A stretch of DNA of 64,000 bases from a virus: positions 12,364 through 76,363 of IMG/VR virus record IMGVR_UViG_3300044912_000678. One strand, given 5' to 3'. This document shows, piece after piece, positions 9,000-18,839 of this stretch. Each line of letters starts with the position of its first letter. The stretch's first letter is position 1. The notes beneath the pieces were generated by a model. It was not told the DNA's origin. It ran no database searches and saw only the letters and a list, made by a program, of their open reading frames with translations. A program made the position numbers and the translations under genes.

Positions 9000-9227
9000 A
9001 TGAGAAAATGTCAAATACATGAATGTAAAAATATAGCAAAAAAGTGCGTAAAAAAAGGCACAATTCGTAATGGGATGGCAAGCAGCAAAGATTTCTGGCA
9101 TTGTGACGAACATGATTGTCACAATGTCGAAAAAGAATTTAAAGATAAAAATATATCAATACAAATGAAAAACCCATTCTGTGATGTCAAATCGGCTATT
9201 AAAATCAGATCAAAGACGAATAAATAG
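9000..9227 (+). CDS. small Cys/His-rich hypothetical protein
   Basis: CQIHEC...HCDEHDC; GAGG RBS. Confidence 0.55.
   Translation: MRKCQIHECKNIAKKCVKKGTIRNGMASSKDFWHCDEHDCHNVEKEFKDKNISIQMKNPFCDVKSAIKIRSKTNK
9221..9226 (+). promoter_or_regulatory. late promoter TAAATA, 4 nt before ATG
   Basis: TAAATA-GAAT-ATG with no RBS. Confidence 0.6.
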
Positions 9228-9230
9228 AAT

Positions 9231-9446
9231 ATGAGTCTTATTTCTTTCAGAGAATGGCTAGATAAAGAACAAATTGATTTGCCTCTTTTGGGTCAACCAA
9301 ATAGCAATGCCGATGAAGTATTTGGTTTAACTGGCGTTAAAAGTAAATATGCCATGACAAACACGAAAAGTGGTCAAACTGATTTTAATCCAGATGAGAA
9401 GTTTTTTTGTGGTAAGAAAAAAAATAGAGGAAGGAAAAAAACTTGA
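9231..9446 (+). CDS. small protein with CTS-like N-terminus
   Basis: MSLISFREWLDKE. Confidence 0.6.
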   Translation: MSLISFREWLDKEQIDLPLLGQPNSNADEVFGLTGVKSKYAMTNTKSGQTDFNPDEKFFCGKKKNRGRKKT

Positions 9447-9724
9447 TTTTAGTTTCTTTTTGTTCATTGTTGGAAAATATGAGAAGAGAGCCATTAGGTT
9501 TGAACAACAAATCTATTGCGGTTATAGAAAAAGGCATGGAACTAGATGAAAAGTTTTGGGATAATTTTCTTCAAATTTTAAACAATACAGATGGATTGGC
9601 TCAACTGTTAGATATATCAAGTTCCAAAATCTCAACATGGCATGAAAAAATTAAAGATGCCATAAAAGAAAGAGATGAACTTAACAAGAATAAACCAGTT
9701 GGAAAAAACAACAAACTTATATAG
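9443..9724 (+). CDS. hypothetical protein (possible HTH; CTS-like N-terminus)
   Basis: SFCSLLEN near the start; GLAQLLDISSSKISTW resembles an HTH. Confidence 0.55.
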   Translation: MILVSFCSLLENMRREPLGLNNKSIAVIEKGMELDEKFWDNFLQILNNTDGLAQLLDISSSKISTWHEKIKDAIKERDELNKNKPVGKNNKLI

Positions 9725-9733
9725 GGGTGTATC

Positions 9734-10180
9734 ATGTCCTTGAAAAAATTTACTGAGTGGTGCGAGTTTAAAGAAATGGATGCAAATCAAATGACTATGG
9801 GTGGAACTACGCCAATGGCATCCGCACAAGCTCCTGCTCAACCCGCTGGCAACAAGCCGTTGGGAAATGTATCATCCACCCAATCCAATGCTTCTGAACA
9901 AGAATTGTCTAAATTAGCTTCAAATGTTGAAAGTAAATATCAAAACTTTATTGGCGTTTTGCCTAAAAGCATGCCAAAAGCAGTGTGGGTGAACTTGTTG
10001 CATAATTTCGCAACAATTGCCAAGGAAAAAGCAGGACTAAAAGATGACGAATTAAAAAGAATTATTCTTGGGCAACACGCCGTGACTCAAAAAATGATGA
10101 AGAATCATTCTGAACCACAAGTTGGAGGCGTTCCAGCTAATCAACCACAAGTTGGAAATCAACCGCAAATGGGTCAATAA
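9734..10180 (+). CDS. Q/P-rich protein with CTS-like N-terminus
   Basis: MSLKKFTEWCEFKE; TATATA upstream. Confidence 0.6.
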   Translation: MSLKKFTEWCEFKEMDANQMTMGGTTPMASAQAPAQPAGNKPLGNVSSTQSNASEQELSKLASNVESKYQNFIGVLPKSMPKAVWVNLLHNFATIAKEKAGLKDDELKRIILGQHAVTQKMMKNHSEPQVGGVPANQPQVGNQPQMGQ

Positions 10181-10187
10181 TTTTTAA

Positions 10188-11891
10188 ATGATTTACAAAA
10201 AATATCAAAATGCAACAAAAGATGTAGTTGAAAAAAAAGGAATTATCAAAATAAATTACATGGAGGTAAAAACTCCATCATGGTTTAATTCATCTGAATT
10301 AAAAGATATAGATATTTCTATCATAGTTCCATGCTATAAAAGCAAAGATTATATAATTGAACACATAAAATCTTGGGATTTAACAAATCATAATTTAAAA
10401 ATAGAAATCATTTATGTTGATGACCATTGCCCTCAAAAAACACATCTTCAATGTGTCAAATCTTGGGAAGAAAGAAAATCAGAATTAAACAATCCTATTG
10501 GCAAATGTTTCCTAATATTGGGAAACAATTCTGGCTTTTCAAATGCTTGTAATACTGGAGCTAAAGAAGCTAGAGGTAAATATTTACTATTTTTAAATGC
10601 AGACACCATATTGACTAAAAATTGGCTACAGCCAATTTACAATTCTTTCAAAATTGATGAAAAAATAGGCATTGTTGGCAACATGCAATTATCAAAAAAT
10701 GACTTTATTGACTCTTGTGGTTCTGAATGGAGTTGGAAAGATCATCTGTTTTTTCATATTGGAAGAAACATATATCAAAGCCAAGGAATTGAGCCATTTG
10801 AATTATCTTCTGCTCCTGCAGAAGTAATAAAGAGCAAAGAAGTGAAAATGATAAATGGTTCTTGTTTGATGATATCAAAAGAATTATTTGATAAAGTCTG
10901 TGGATTTGATAATGCATATAAAATCGGATATTGGGAAGATTCTGATTTATGCATGAAGGTCGTCATGGAAGGTTATAAAATTTGGTTTTGTGGAGAATCA
11001 AAAATTTATCATTTTGGAGGTCATAGTGGGCAAAGTAACCACAAATACTCTTCGGAAAATAAAACTTTGTTTTATAATAAATGGATAAAAACAAAATTGT
11101 TGAATTGTCACCTTCAAGATTCTAATAAATTGAATGTTAATTCAAACAATTCGGTTGTATACACATCGATAACAAATAAATACGATTCTCTTAAAAACCA
11201 CAAACAAAAAGACATTCCATATGTTGCGTTTCTTGATGAATATATAAATAGTAAATATTGGAATATAAGATCAGCACATAAAGAATTTTCTGATCCGAAT
11301 AGAAATGCAAAAATACACAAGATTCTTTCGCATGTTTATTTTCCAGATAAAGAATTTAGTTTATGGGTTGATGGAAGCATAAAAATCAAGTTTCCTTGGA
11401 GTATGAAATCTTTATTTGAAACATATTTAAGTGATTGCGACATGGTTGTTTTTAAACACGGAGAAAGAGATTGTATTTATGAAGAAGCAAAAATTTGTTG
11501 TGAAAGAAATTTAGATGATATAAATACAATCACAAAACAAATGGAAAGATATAAACGCTTTAAGGTAAATAAAAACAAAGGTCTTTCTGAGTGTTCGGTG
11601 ATTTTAAGAAAACATAATGAAAAAGTAAAGTTATTCAATGAAATTTGGTGGGAAGAAATCTGCCAAGGATCAAGGAGAGATCAACTTAGTTTTGATTACT
11701 CAGTCAAAAAAAGTGGTGTTAATTTAAAATACTTTCCGGGAAATCTTCCCAATAACAATTACTTTTTCAACAGAGAAATTCATGGCATACATACCGAAGA
11801 TTCAAATTTCTGCGAAATAAAAGAAGTAATTACAGAAAGTATTTTCAGTAAGTTTAAAAAATCTATTAAAAGAATAACAAATGTTTTTTAA
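10188..11891 (+). CDS. GT2 glycosyltransferase fused to a DUF616/TOD1-like glycosyltransferase domain
   Basis: ISIIVPCY, YVDD, N-GFS-ACN-GA, FLNADT, YWEDSDL; then VYTSIT--YD, SLWVDG, H--R-CIYEEA, RDQLSF. Confidence 0.85.
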   Translation: MIYKKYQNATKDVVEKKGIIKINYMEVKTPSWFNSSELKDIDISIIVPCYKSKDYIIEHIKSWDLTNHNLKIEIIYVDDHCPQKTHLQCVKSWEERKSELNNPIGKCFLILGNNSGFSNACNTGAKEARGKYLLFLNADTILTKNWLQPIYNSFKIDEKIGIVGNMQLSKNDFIDSCGSEWSWKDHLFFHIGRNIYQSQGIEPFELSSAPAEVIKSKEVKMINGSCLMISKELFDKVCGFDNAYKIGYWEDSDLCMKVVMEGYKIWFCGESKIYHFGGHSGQSNHKYSSENKTLFYNKWIKTKLLNCHLQDSNKLNVNSNNSVVYTSITNKYDSLKNHKQKDIPYVAFLDEYINSKYWNIRSAHKEFSDPNRNAKIHKILSHVYFPDKEFSLWVDGSIKIKFPWSMKSLFETYLSDCDMVVFKHGERDCIYEEAKICCERNLDDINTITKQMERYKRFKVNKNKGLSECSVILRKHNEKVKLFNEIWWEEICQGSRRDQLSFDYSVKKSGVNLKYFPGNLPNNNYFFNREIHGIHTEDSNFCEIKEVITESIFSKFKKSIKRITNVF

Positions 11892-12600
11892 AAAATCAAA
11901 TGTATCAATAATAATTCCAACCTGCAACAGATATGATGTTGCCATGGAATCAATAACAGAAATTAAAAAACAAAAATATAAAAATTATGAGATAATTATT
12001 TGTGATGATAGCGATAAAGACTACTACATTAAAAACTTTTCATGTTATGAGAAAAAATTAAATTCATATAAAGTAAAGCACATATATGGTGCGAGATATG
12101 ATATAAATGGAAAAAAAGATTATGGATTAGCAAGAAGTAGAAATCTTGGAATTATTGAATCTATAGGAGAATTTTTAATTTTTATAGATGATAGGTTTAC
12201 ATTCGCAGATGAATTTGTAATTGAAAAATTCGTCAAAGAGTTATCGAAAGACAAAGAAAAAGTTTGGATATTTGGAAACAAGGGTTGTTATAACATCATT
12301 GATGAAAATGGAAATTTAAAACAAATAGAACAACCAAAGACAACATTTGTTGAAAACTTTTCAGCAATTAGAAGAGAACACATTATAAATGCTGGTATGT
12401 TTTGCGAAAGAATAGACCAATATGGAGGCATGACAGAAGAGATAACACTTAGACTTAGCAAGCAAGGATTTAGATTTTTCTTTCATTCTGACATACAAGC
12501 AAAACAAATTTGTAAGAGTTCTGGTTGGGATAAAAAGCCAAAACAAATCACGGCAATGTCAAAAGTTATATATAAAATGCATAAATATAAAGCAACATAA
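11881..12600 (+). CDS. GT2 family glycosyltransferase
   Basis: VSIIIPTCNR, IIICDD, SRNLG, FIDD. Confidence 0.8.
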   Translation: MFFKKSNVSIIIPTCNRYDVAMESITEIKKQKYKNYEIIICDDSDKDYYIKNFSCYEKKLNSYKVKHIYGARYDINGKKDYGLARSRNLGIIESIGEFLIFIDDRFTFADEFVIEKFVKELSKDKEKVWIFGNKGCYNIIDENGNLKQIEQPKTTFVENFSAIRREHIINAGMFCERIDQYGGMTEEITLRLSKQGFRFFFHSDIQAKQICKSSGWDKKPKQITAMSKVIYKMHKYKAT

Positions 12601-12616
12601 CAATATATATTTTATT

Positions 12617-13717
12617 ATGAATAACAATAACGCTACATTTTTCGGATTCTCCTCTTTCATGCGATTAGATGAAATTGACTGGGAAAATACATTTAGTGAT
12701 GTTGGCAAGGTATGTCCAGACGCAAAAGAAGTTGTAAAATACTTAAATGATGTCAAAGGAAATGCAAATGCTGCCTATGGAGAAAGAAAAAAGTTCCCTA
12801 TAAAATCACCATTTATACATTCAAAATCTAGTTTTTTTCAAAAAGGCGAATCAGAAGTAGATGTTGATGAATTTATTCAAAGAATAACAAAGCAGCCAAA
12901 CAATATCATTAATACAAATGAAAAGATTTTAAAAAGTGGTGGTCCTCATGAATTTGTCTATAAGACAGGCATTCCAGCATTTAGAGGCATAGTTTACGAT
13001 TTAGAAAATAAGAAGTTTTTTTTCGTAAATACTTGTCCCGGAGCAGGAGATTGTGTAGTTAAGTGTTATGCCAGAAAAGGCAATTATATTAGATATCCAA
13101 ATTCATATGATAGCATGACACGAAGAATCAATTATTTATTGAATTCTCCAGATAAATATGAAGAACAACTATATCAAGAATTAAAAGCAAAGTGCGAAGA
13201 ACACGGAGCTAAACAAGGTTATAAACCAACAGTAGTTATTCGATGGAATGACTCTGGTGATTTTTTTGGTGTGAAGTATGAAAATATTGCCACTGATGTT
13301 AAAAACAAGTTAACTAAAGAAGGCTATAAGATAAAAGCATATGCTTATACTAAAGTTGCTGAGACTGCGAAAAAAGGTAAAGTTGGTCTTGTGACTTTTT
13401 CGCAAGGAGCAAAAAGTTCAGAAACAGAAAAAGCCAAAAACATTGAGAGAAATTCTTATATCATACCAAAATCAATTTTTTCTAATTTAGATTTGATGAA
13501 AATAGAAGACGAAGATAAACTTAAATTGAATGTAATTTCTTATATGAAAAGTAAATTAAAAATAGATATTCCTTTTATGAATTTACTTAGTTACGATGAA
13601 TTAAAGCAAATGCCAGAACAAGGAATTCCTAGATGGTATGTCATAGTCACATCTGAAGACGGAGATGATGCAGCATTTCGTAAAGATGTAAAAGGCGTTT
13701 TACTTTTAGAACATTAG
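12617..13717 (+). CDS. GP88-like (radical-SAM-like Cys cluster) phage protein with CTS-like N-terminus
   Basis: TCPGAGDCVVKCYARKG, IRWNDSGDF, YAYTK; N-terminal FSSFMRLDE. Confidence 0.65.
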   Translation: MNNNNATFFGFSSFMRLDEIDWENTFSDVGKVCPDAKEVVKYLNDVKGNANAAYGERKKFPIKSPFIHSKSSFFQKGESEVDVDEFIQRITKQPNNIINTNEKILKSGGPHEFVYKTGIPAFRGIVYDLENKKFFFVNTCPGAGDCVVKCYARKGNYIRYPNSYDSMTRRINYLLNSPDKYEEQLYQELKAKCEEHGAKQGYKPTVVIRWNDSGDFFGVKYENIATDVKNKLTKEGYKIKAYAYTKVAETAKKGKVGLVTFSQGAKSSETEKAKNIERNSYIIPKSIFSNLDLMKIEDEDKLKLNVISYMKSKLKIDIPFMNLLSYDELKQMPEQGIPRWYVIVTSEDGDDAAFRKDVKGVLLLEH

Positions 13718-14574
13718 AGATTATGTAAAAACATTTCAATATAATCTGGTAAATCAAATTTTGGTTTCCAATTTAATTCTTTTTCTGAGAAAGAAGTATC
13801 TGCTAATGTTTCGTAAGCCTCTCCAATTCTTGATGGAATATATTCAATCTTTGAAGGTTTAAACATATGTGCCACTTCATTTATTGAATAATTTTTACCT
13901 CTTCCTAAATTAAAAATTTTTCCATTCCAATTTTTTTCATGCATTTTTAATAGTCCGGAACAAACATCTCCAACATAAGTAAAATCTCTTCTTTGTTCGC
14001 CATTTCCAGTTATTGTTAAAGGTTTGTTTTTTATAATTTGATTTTCAAATATGCCAATAACATTTGCAAATTCGCCATTTAAAATTTGTCTATTTCCATA
14101 CACATTGAAGAATCTTGCAATTGCTATTGAAAGACTATAAATACGATTGTACATAATGCAATTTTGTTCTGCGATATATTTAGAATGGGAATAAGGATTT
14201 GCATATATGTCATGCTCAACAGATGAAGAGCCAGCAAAAATAACTTTGCTTTTTCTCAATCTTGCATACTCCAACATATTGACAGTTCCAAGACAATTTA
14301 CAAATAAAACTTCACTTGGATTTTTAAAACTTGGTGCAATTCTTGGCAGGGCAGCTAAATGATAAATAACTTGAGGATCATAACTCTTCAAAGCATTATT
14401 TGACTCCCAATTATCTTTAACATTAAAATTTACAAAAGAAGCTCTATGATTTATATTTTTTTTAATTCCAGTTGTCAAATTATCAACTACCAAAACATCA
14501 TTATCTTGTTCGATTAAATAATCTATAAGATTACTTCCAATAAATCCTGCTCCTCCAGTAACTAAAATTTTCAC
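13714..14574 (-). CDS. NAD-dependent nucleotide-sugar epimerase/dehydratase (extended SDR)
   Basis: VTGGAGFIGS, HLAA, YSHSK, RFFNVYG, QRRDFTYV. Confidence 0.9.
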   Translation of the reverse strand: MKILVTGGAGFIGSNLIDYLIEQDNDVLVVDNLTTGIKKNINHRASFVNFNVKDNWESNNALKSYDPQVIYHLAALPRIAPSFKNPSEVLFVNCLGTVNMLEYARLRKSKVIFAGSSSVEHDIYANPYSHSKYIAEQNCIMYNRIYSLSIAIARFFNVYGNRQILNGEFANVIGIFENQIIKNKPLTITGNGEQRRDFTYVGDVCSGLLKMHEKNWNGKIFNLGRGKNYSINEVAHMFKPSKIEYIPSRIGEAYETLADTSFSEKELNWKPKFDLPDYIEMFLHNL

Positions 14575-14638
14575 AGTTAAACCTCATTTGTAAATTGCCA
14601 TTTAGACAACTATATAAATGATATGAAAGGGAAATATT

Positions 14639-15061
14639 ATGATTAAAAAACAACTCACAACAGATGAAGTGCAAGAAGTAATTGAAGTAATAAAAAATTA
14701 TATCATTGATTTAAAAAATCGTTGGGATTTAGAAAAACCACCACATGCTAGTAAATTCGGCATATGTCGTGAATATCTGACAAAAGGAACATTGTTCATT
14801 TTGAAAGTAACAGATGAGATGATCCAATTCGTTGAAGGCATTATACCAAATGGAAAAGATAAAAAAGAAACTGTATTGTTGGTTGCTGGAAGTTTGTTTG
14901 ATTACATCATTATATCTTCTTTGCCAATATGGTTGAAACCTATGTCTGGATTGATTAGGAAGATTGCAATTGAGGTGTTATTTAGCGAAATGATTGAATT
15001 TATAGTGGAGAAATATAGCACTGGTTATTGGAAAGTAGAAAATGAAGAAAAAAAATCATAA
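14639..15061 (+). CDS. hypothetical protein (amphipathic, possibly membrane-associated)
   Basis: GKDKKETVL...LFDYIII..LPIWLKP; TATATA upstream; overlaps the protease gene. Confidence 0.6.
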   Translation: MIKKQLTTDEVQEVIEVIKNYIIDLKNRWDLEKPPHASKFGICREYLTKGTLFILKVTDEMIQFVEGIIPNGKDKKETVLLVAGSLFDYIIISSLPIWLKPMSGLIRKIAIEVLFSEMIEFIVEKYSTGYWKVENEEKKS

Positions 15062-15983
15062 ATGCAAATTACTTCCATTCGAAAGAATGGAAGTAATTTC
15101 TGTTCAAGAGGCGAAACAAAGATGCAATTGGGGAGTTACCGCTTTCAATTTGCCAAAAATGTGGAAATCATCACAAGGCGAAGGCGTTAAAGTTGCCGTA
15201 ATTGATACTGGTTGCGATTTGCAGCATCCAGATCTTATAGATAATTTGCTTCCCGGCAAGAACATGATAAATGAAAAAAAAGATCCCATAGATGGTAACG
15301 GTCATGGAACCCATGTTGCTGGAATAATTTGTGCATCTAATAACGAATTTGGTGTTGTTGGTGTGGCTCCAAAATGCAAAGTAATTCCAATCAAAGTATT
15401 AGATGACAACGGAAATGGCGATCTCATCACTGTTGCCAATGGAATTAAATGGGCTATAGAACAAAATGTCGATTTTATAACTTTAAGCTTAGGTAGTCCA
15501 AGTCCTGTACAGCAGGTAAGAAAGGCAATTCAAGCAGCCGAGGAAAAAGGTATAGTTACCTTTTGTGCTGCTGGAAACGCTGGTAAAACGCATGAGATTT
15601 TCTATCCAGCAAATTATCCAGAAACAATTGGAATAGGCTCAATAGATCAAAATTTAGAACGATCTAAATTTAGTTGTACTGGTCAAGATTTAGATTTTTT
15701 AGCTCCGGGAAATAAAATATTAAGCACAGTTCCAGAATCTTGGTATGCCATTTTATCTGGCACTAGTATGAGCAATCCTTTTGCTGTTGGAATTGCCTCA
15801 TTGTTATTATCTTGGAATAGAAGTAATGGAAATAAAATAAAATTAAATTGTTCTGAGGATTATAGAACGATTTTTAAAAAGCATACTTTTTCCGTGAAAG
15901 ATAAAAATTTTGCGAAGAATAAGTTTTTTGAAGGGTTTGGAATTATTGATCCAAAAGATCTAGAGTCTTGGCTTTCCGAATAA
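15042..15983 (+). CDS. subtilisin-like S8 serine protease
   Basis: VAVIDTG, HGTHVAG, AAGN, SGTSMS. Confidence 0.92.
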   Translation: MKKKNHKCKLLPFERMEVISVQEAKQRCNWGVTAFNLPKMWKSSQGEGVKVAVIDTGCDLQHPDLIDNLLPGKNMINEKKDPIDGNGHGTHVAGIICASNNEFGVVGVAPKCKVIPIKVLDDNGNGDLITVANGIKWAIEQNVDFITLSLGSPSPVQQVRKAIQAAEEKGIVTFCAAGNAGKTHEIFYPANYPETIGIGSIDQNLERSKFSCTGQDLDFLAPGNKILSTVPESWYAILSGTSMSNPFAVGIASLLLSWNRSNGNKIKLNCSEDYRTIFKKHTFSVKDKNFAKNKFFEGFGIIDPKDLESWLSE

Positions 15984-16374
15984 TTGCATCTTTGCATTTT
16001 TTAGCAAGTTCGTAGTTTTCAACTACAATTGCAGACATCATAATTTTTTCAATTTTTTCAATTGTAATGTTATCAAAACATAATGGTCTTTTGCCACAAT
16101 GAGTTAATGATTGTTGACATTTTCTTAATATTTTATCGATAAATAATTTGAACTGTACATAACAATTGCCACATCCCATTTTCCCATTGTTTTGCAAATC
16201 CATCAATAATAGACCACAATTTGAACAAGATATAAAAAAAATGTCTTTAATGTCAATGAATCCACTGCAATTTTGACATATATCGCAATCTTTTATATTA
16301 TCGCCATCATTGATGTGATAATGAATATTTTTCATGTTAGAGCAAGGATTGTTTGATATTGGGCAATTATCCAT
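15943..16374 (-). CDS. mcsA: McsA-like protein (Zn fingers plus UVR domain)
   Basis: Four Cys pairs including CSNCG and GKMGCGNCY, H-GK-P, and UVR helix AIVVENYELAKKCKDAI. Confidence 0.7.
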   Translation of the reverse strand: MDNCPISNNPCSNMKNIHYHINDGDNIKDCDICQNCSGFIDIKDIFFISCSNCGLLLMDLQNNGKMGCGNCYVQFKLFIDKILRKCQQSLTHCGKRPLCFDNITIEKIEKIMMSAIVVENYELAKKCKDAIIRKAKTLDLLDQ

Positions 16375-16895
16375 TATTTCGAGTCCTTAATTTTTTTCAT
16401 ATAACTCGATATCTCTTCAGTTGTAAGTTCGCTTTTATATTTTTCAAAAAAAACATCATTATATTTTTCTAATTCTGCGACAAATTTTTTCCTTGAAATT
16501 TCTAATTTATCTAAATATGCCAATACTTCTTTTTTTGTAGCAGGTCTAGATTCTGAAGATGTAATCAATTTATGATTTGGATTATCGAATCTTTTAATTT
16601 CTTCTTGCCAATATTCTTCTATTTTTAGAATTGAGCTTAATGTTCTATTTCCAACGACAAACATAAACATATCTTTTTGATATTCACTTAATTCATTCCA
16701 TAATAATTCTTTTTCCGAATATTTGTTCTTTAAAATAATTTCTGTCCATGTGTTTTTTTCAAAAACTCCTTTTGCCATTTTTGCCACATGATCAATTTTA
16801 TTTTCATATTCAGCCACTGTTGGAGAATATTGTTTATGTGTTTGAGAAAATGCAAATCCTACTATAAACAAAAAAAATATAAGTAATAATCTCAA
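16374..16895 (-). CDS. secreted helical hypothetical protein
   Basis: Signal peptide LLLIFFLFIVGFAFS. Confidence 0.65.
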   Translation of the reverse strand: MRLLLIFFLFIVGFAFSQTHKQYSPTVAEYENKIDHVAKMAKGVFEKNTWTEIILKNKYSEKELLWNELSEYQKDMFMFVVGNRTLSSILKIEEYWQEEIKRFDNPNHKLITSSESRPATKKEVLAYLDKLEISRKKFVAELEKYNDVFFEKYKSELTTEEISSYMKKIKDSK

Positions 16896-17731
16896 ATTAT
16901 CTCCCCTTTAATCCTTAAAGAGAATCCGTCATTTTCCATTGAGTTTATACCAGCAACAACGGTTCTTTTTATCCAAACTGGTAAATATTCAGTTGGCTTA
17001 AGATTACCTATAAGTAAAGGAGATGATGACGATGTTTCGACAAAAGTAATATTATTTGGAGCATTAATTTCTGATGCTATTTCAGTGGCTGTTTTTAATT
17101 TTGGTCCTCCATCAAAAACTTTTTGTAAAGTGAATGTTGCATTTACATCTACAAATGATTGCGACAAATTAACAACTTCTAATGATTCAAAATATCTCTT
17201 TGAACTTGTGCCAATAAAATTCACAGAGAAATAAGCGGTAGTTCCAAGATAAGACCCACTTATTGTAACTTGTTCTAATCCAGAAATAGATCTAATTGAG
17301 GTTTGAAAATTACTAGCCCAAACATTAATGTTTAAATCGTGTGCGAATGAAAATTGAATATTTGCGTCTGTAAAGAAATCATACAATTGCAATGTTACAG
17401 TTCCAGATGATACATTGCCAGCATTTGTAATATAAATGTCTTGTCTCTCATTATTTACTTCAATTCCAATTGTAATTGATGCACCACCAGAAACTTGACT
17501 ATCCACATAAATTGCAGCATTGAGCAATGTATCTGTAATATTAATATTGTTGAAATACACACATCGATAGTCTGTATGTCCAGCAGAATTTTGTACTGCA
17601 GAAACATTATCAAATATTCTATTAGATGATAAAACATAATTGGAGATCGCCCCTCCAATGCTAGAGTCCGGATCATTATTTGATCCACCACCAGAATAAA
17701 ACAATTTTATATCATCATTTTGCAGAGTCAT
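16892..17731 (-). CDS. putative virion structural protein
   Basis: DIKLFYSGG..NNDPDSSIGGAIS, FDNVS...DYRCVY, PVWIKRTV; beta-rich, resembles phage tail-associated proteins. Confidence 0.55.
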   Translation of the reverse strand: MTLQNDDIKLFYSGGGSNNDPDSSIGGAISNYVLSSNRIFDNVSAVQNSAGHTDYRCVYFNNINITDTLLNAAIYVDSQVSGGASITIGIEVNNERQDIYITNAGNVSSGTVTLQLYDFFTDANIQFSFAHDLNINVWASNFQTSIRSISGLEQVTISGSYLGTTAYFSVNFIGTSSKRYFESLEVVNLSQSFVDVNATFTLQKVFDGGPKLKTATEIASEINAPNNITFVETSSSSPLLIGNLKPTEYLPVWIKRTVVAGINSMENDGFSLRIKGEII

Positions 17732-18026
17732 GTTCCCTCAAAGGATTTTTCAATATGTACCTTACATTCCTTGCTGAATATCCTGTAAAATTTGCGATTT
17801 CTTTAATTCCCCATCCCAAACCATGCAAGTGCTGAACCTTTTCTTTGTGTAGGTTCTTTCTATTGGGATTTATTTGGCTTACATGAAGTATCCGATAAAC
17901 CTCTCTTTCTGATAAACCAAACATATTTCCAATTTTAGATACAGAAAGATCGGGTCTAGCCAAGTAAATATTTATTACTTGGCTTTCGTTTTGATTGTTT
18001 TCAAAAAATTCAATAAAGCCTTGCAT
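17715..18026 (-). CDS. double-HTH DNA-binding protein with CTS-like N-terminus
   Basis: SVSKIGNMFGLSEREVYRIL and GIKEIANFTGYSARNVRYIL; MQGFIEFFEN. Confidence 0.7.
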   Translation of the reverse strand: MQGFIEFFENNQNESQVINIYLARPDLSVSKIGNMFGLSEREVYRILHVSQINPNRKNLHKEKVQHLHGLGWGIKEIANFTGYSARNVRYILKNPLREHDSAK

Positions 18027-18036
18027 AAATTATATA

Positions 18037-18066
18037 TTGAATAACCTTTTCGAAAAAACTTATAAT
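18037..18066 (+). promoter_or_regulatory. sigma70-like promoter
   Basis: TTGAAT-N18-TATAAT upstream of 18084. Confidence 0.5.
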
Positions 18067-18083
18067 TAATCATTGGAGTCATT

Positions 18084-18830
18084 GTGTTTAAAAGATCTAT
18101 TAGTATTAAGTGGTATGATGACGATAAAAGGAACAATAATATTTTACAAATATATAAAAAGGGTCTCGAATTTTCCTTTGTATCTGAAAATAACGAGCAA
18201 TGTCATCCTTTTGTGTTTTGTAAGGATTTCTTGCAAATAGTTATATTTGCAAATATTTACAATAGAATCATAAGCATATTCAATTTTCATTATAATCCAA
18301 GAAAAAATCCAATTTGTTTAGAAGAAATTCGTATCTTATTGAAAAACAAATCAGATAAAGAATTTATAGACAAAATCAACAATTCAATTAATTTTATCAA
18401 TCAATTTGAAAAAAAATTAAAAATAAAAAAAACTAAGTTCAAAATATGTGAAGATAATACCGCACTTTTAATTGCAAGCAAAAGATGGCTTAAATCTCCT
18501 CCTCTAATATCAATGTATATGTTGCTAATTCGCATAGGAATGGTCCACAAAATAGACAAAAAAACTGATTTCACAATAAATGGGATTTTAGAAAGCAAAA
18601 TAAAACCGTATCAAGTAAAAGATTGCTCATTATTGAAAAATTCTATGTATGGAATAAAAAAAATAATGAGTATTGGTGATCGAAAATGCTTTTGCCAAGA
18701 TATCCGTAAAAATTATCCAGATATAAATCTTATTACAATTCATAGAGATGGAATACTATCTTATAGCACAGACCTATTTCAATCAGATAATCAGAATTTG
18801 CAAACAATTACTCGATGGCAATCACTATAG
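18084..18830 (+). CDS. hypothetical protein co-transcribed with the COOH-NH2 ligase
   Basis: 248-aa ORF, GTG start with GGAG RBS; QCHPFVFCKDFLQ motif. Confidence 0.65.
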   Translation: MFKRSISIKWYDDDKRNNNILQIYKKGLEFSFVSENNEQCHPFVFCKDFLQIVIFANIYNRIISIFNFHYNPRKNPICLEEIRILLKNKSDKEFIDKINNSINFINQFEKKLKIKKTKFKICEDNTALLIASKRWLKSPPLISMYMLLIRIGMVHKIDKKTDFTINGILESKIKPYQVKDCSLLKNSMYGIKKIMSIGDRKCFCQDIRKNYPDINLITIHRDGILSYSTDLFQSDNQNLQTITRWQSL

Positions 18831-18839
18831 GAGGCAATT

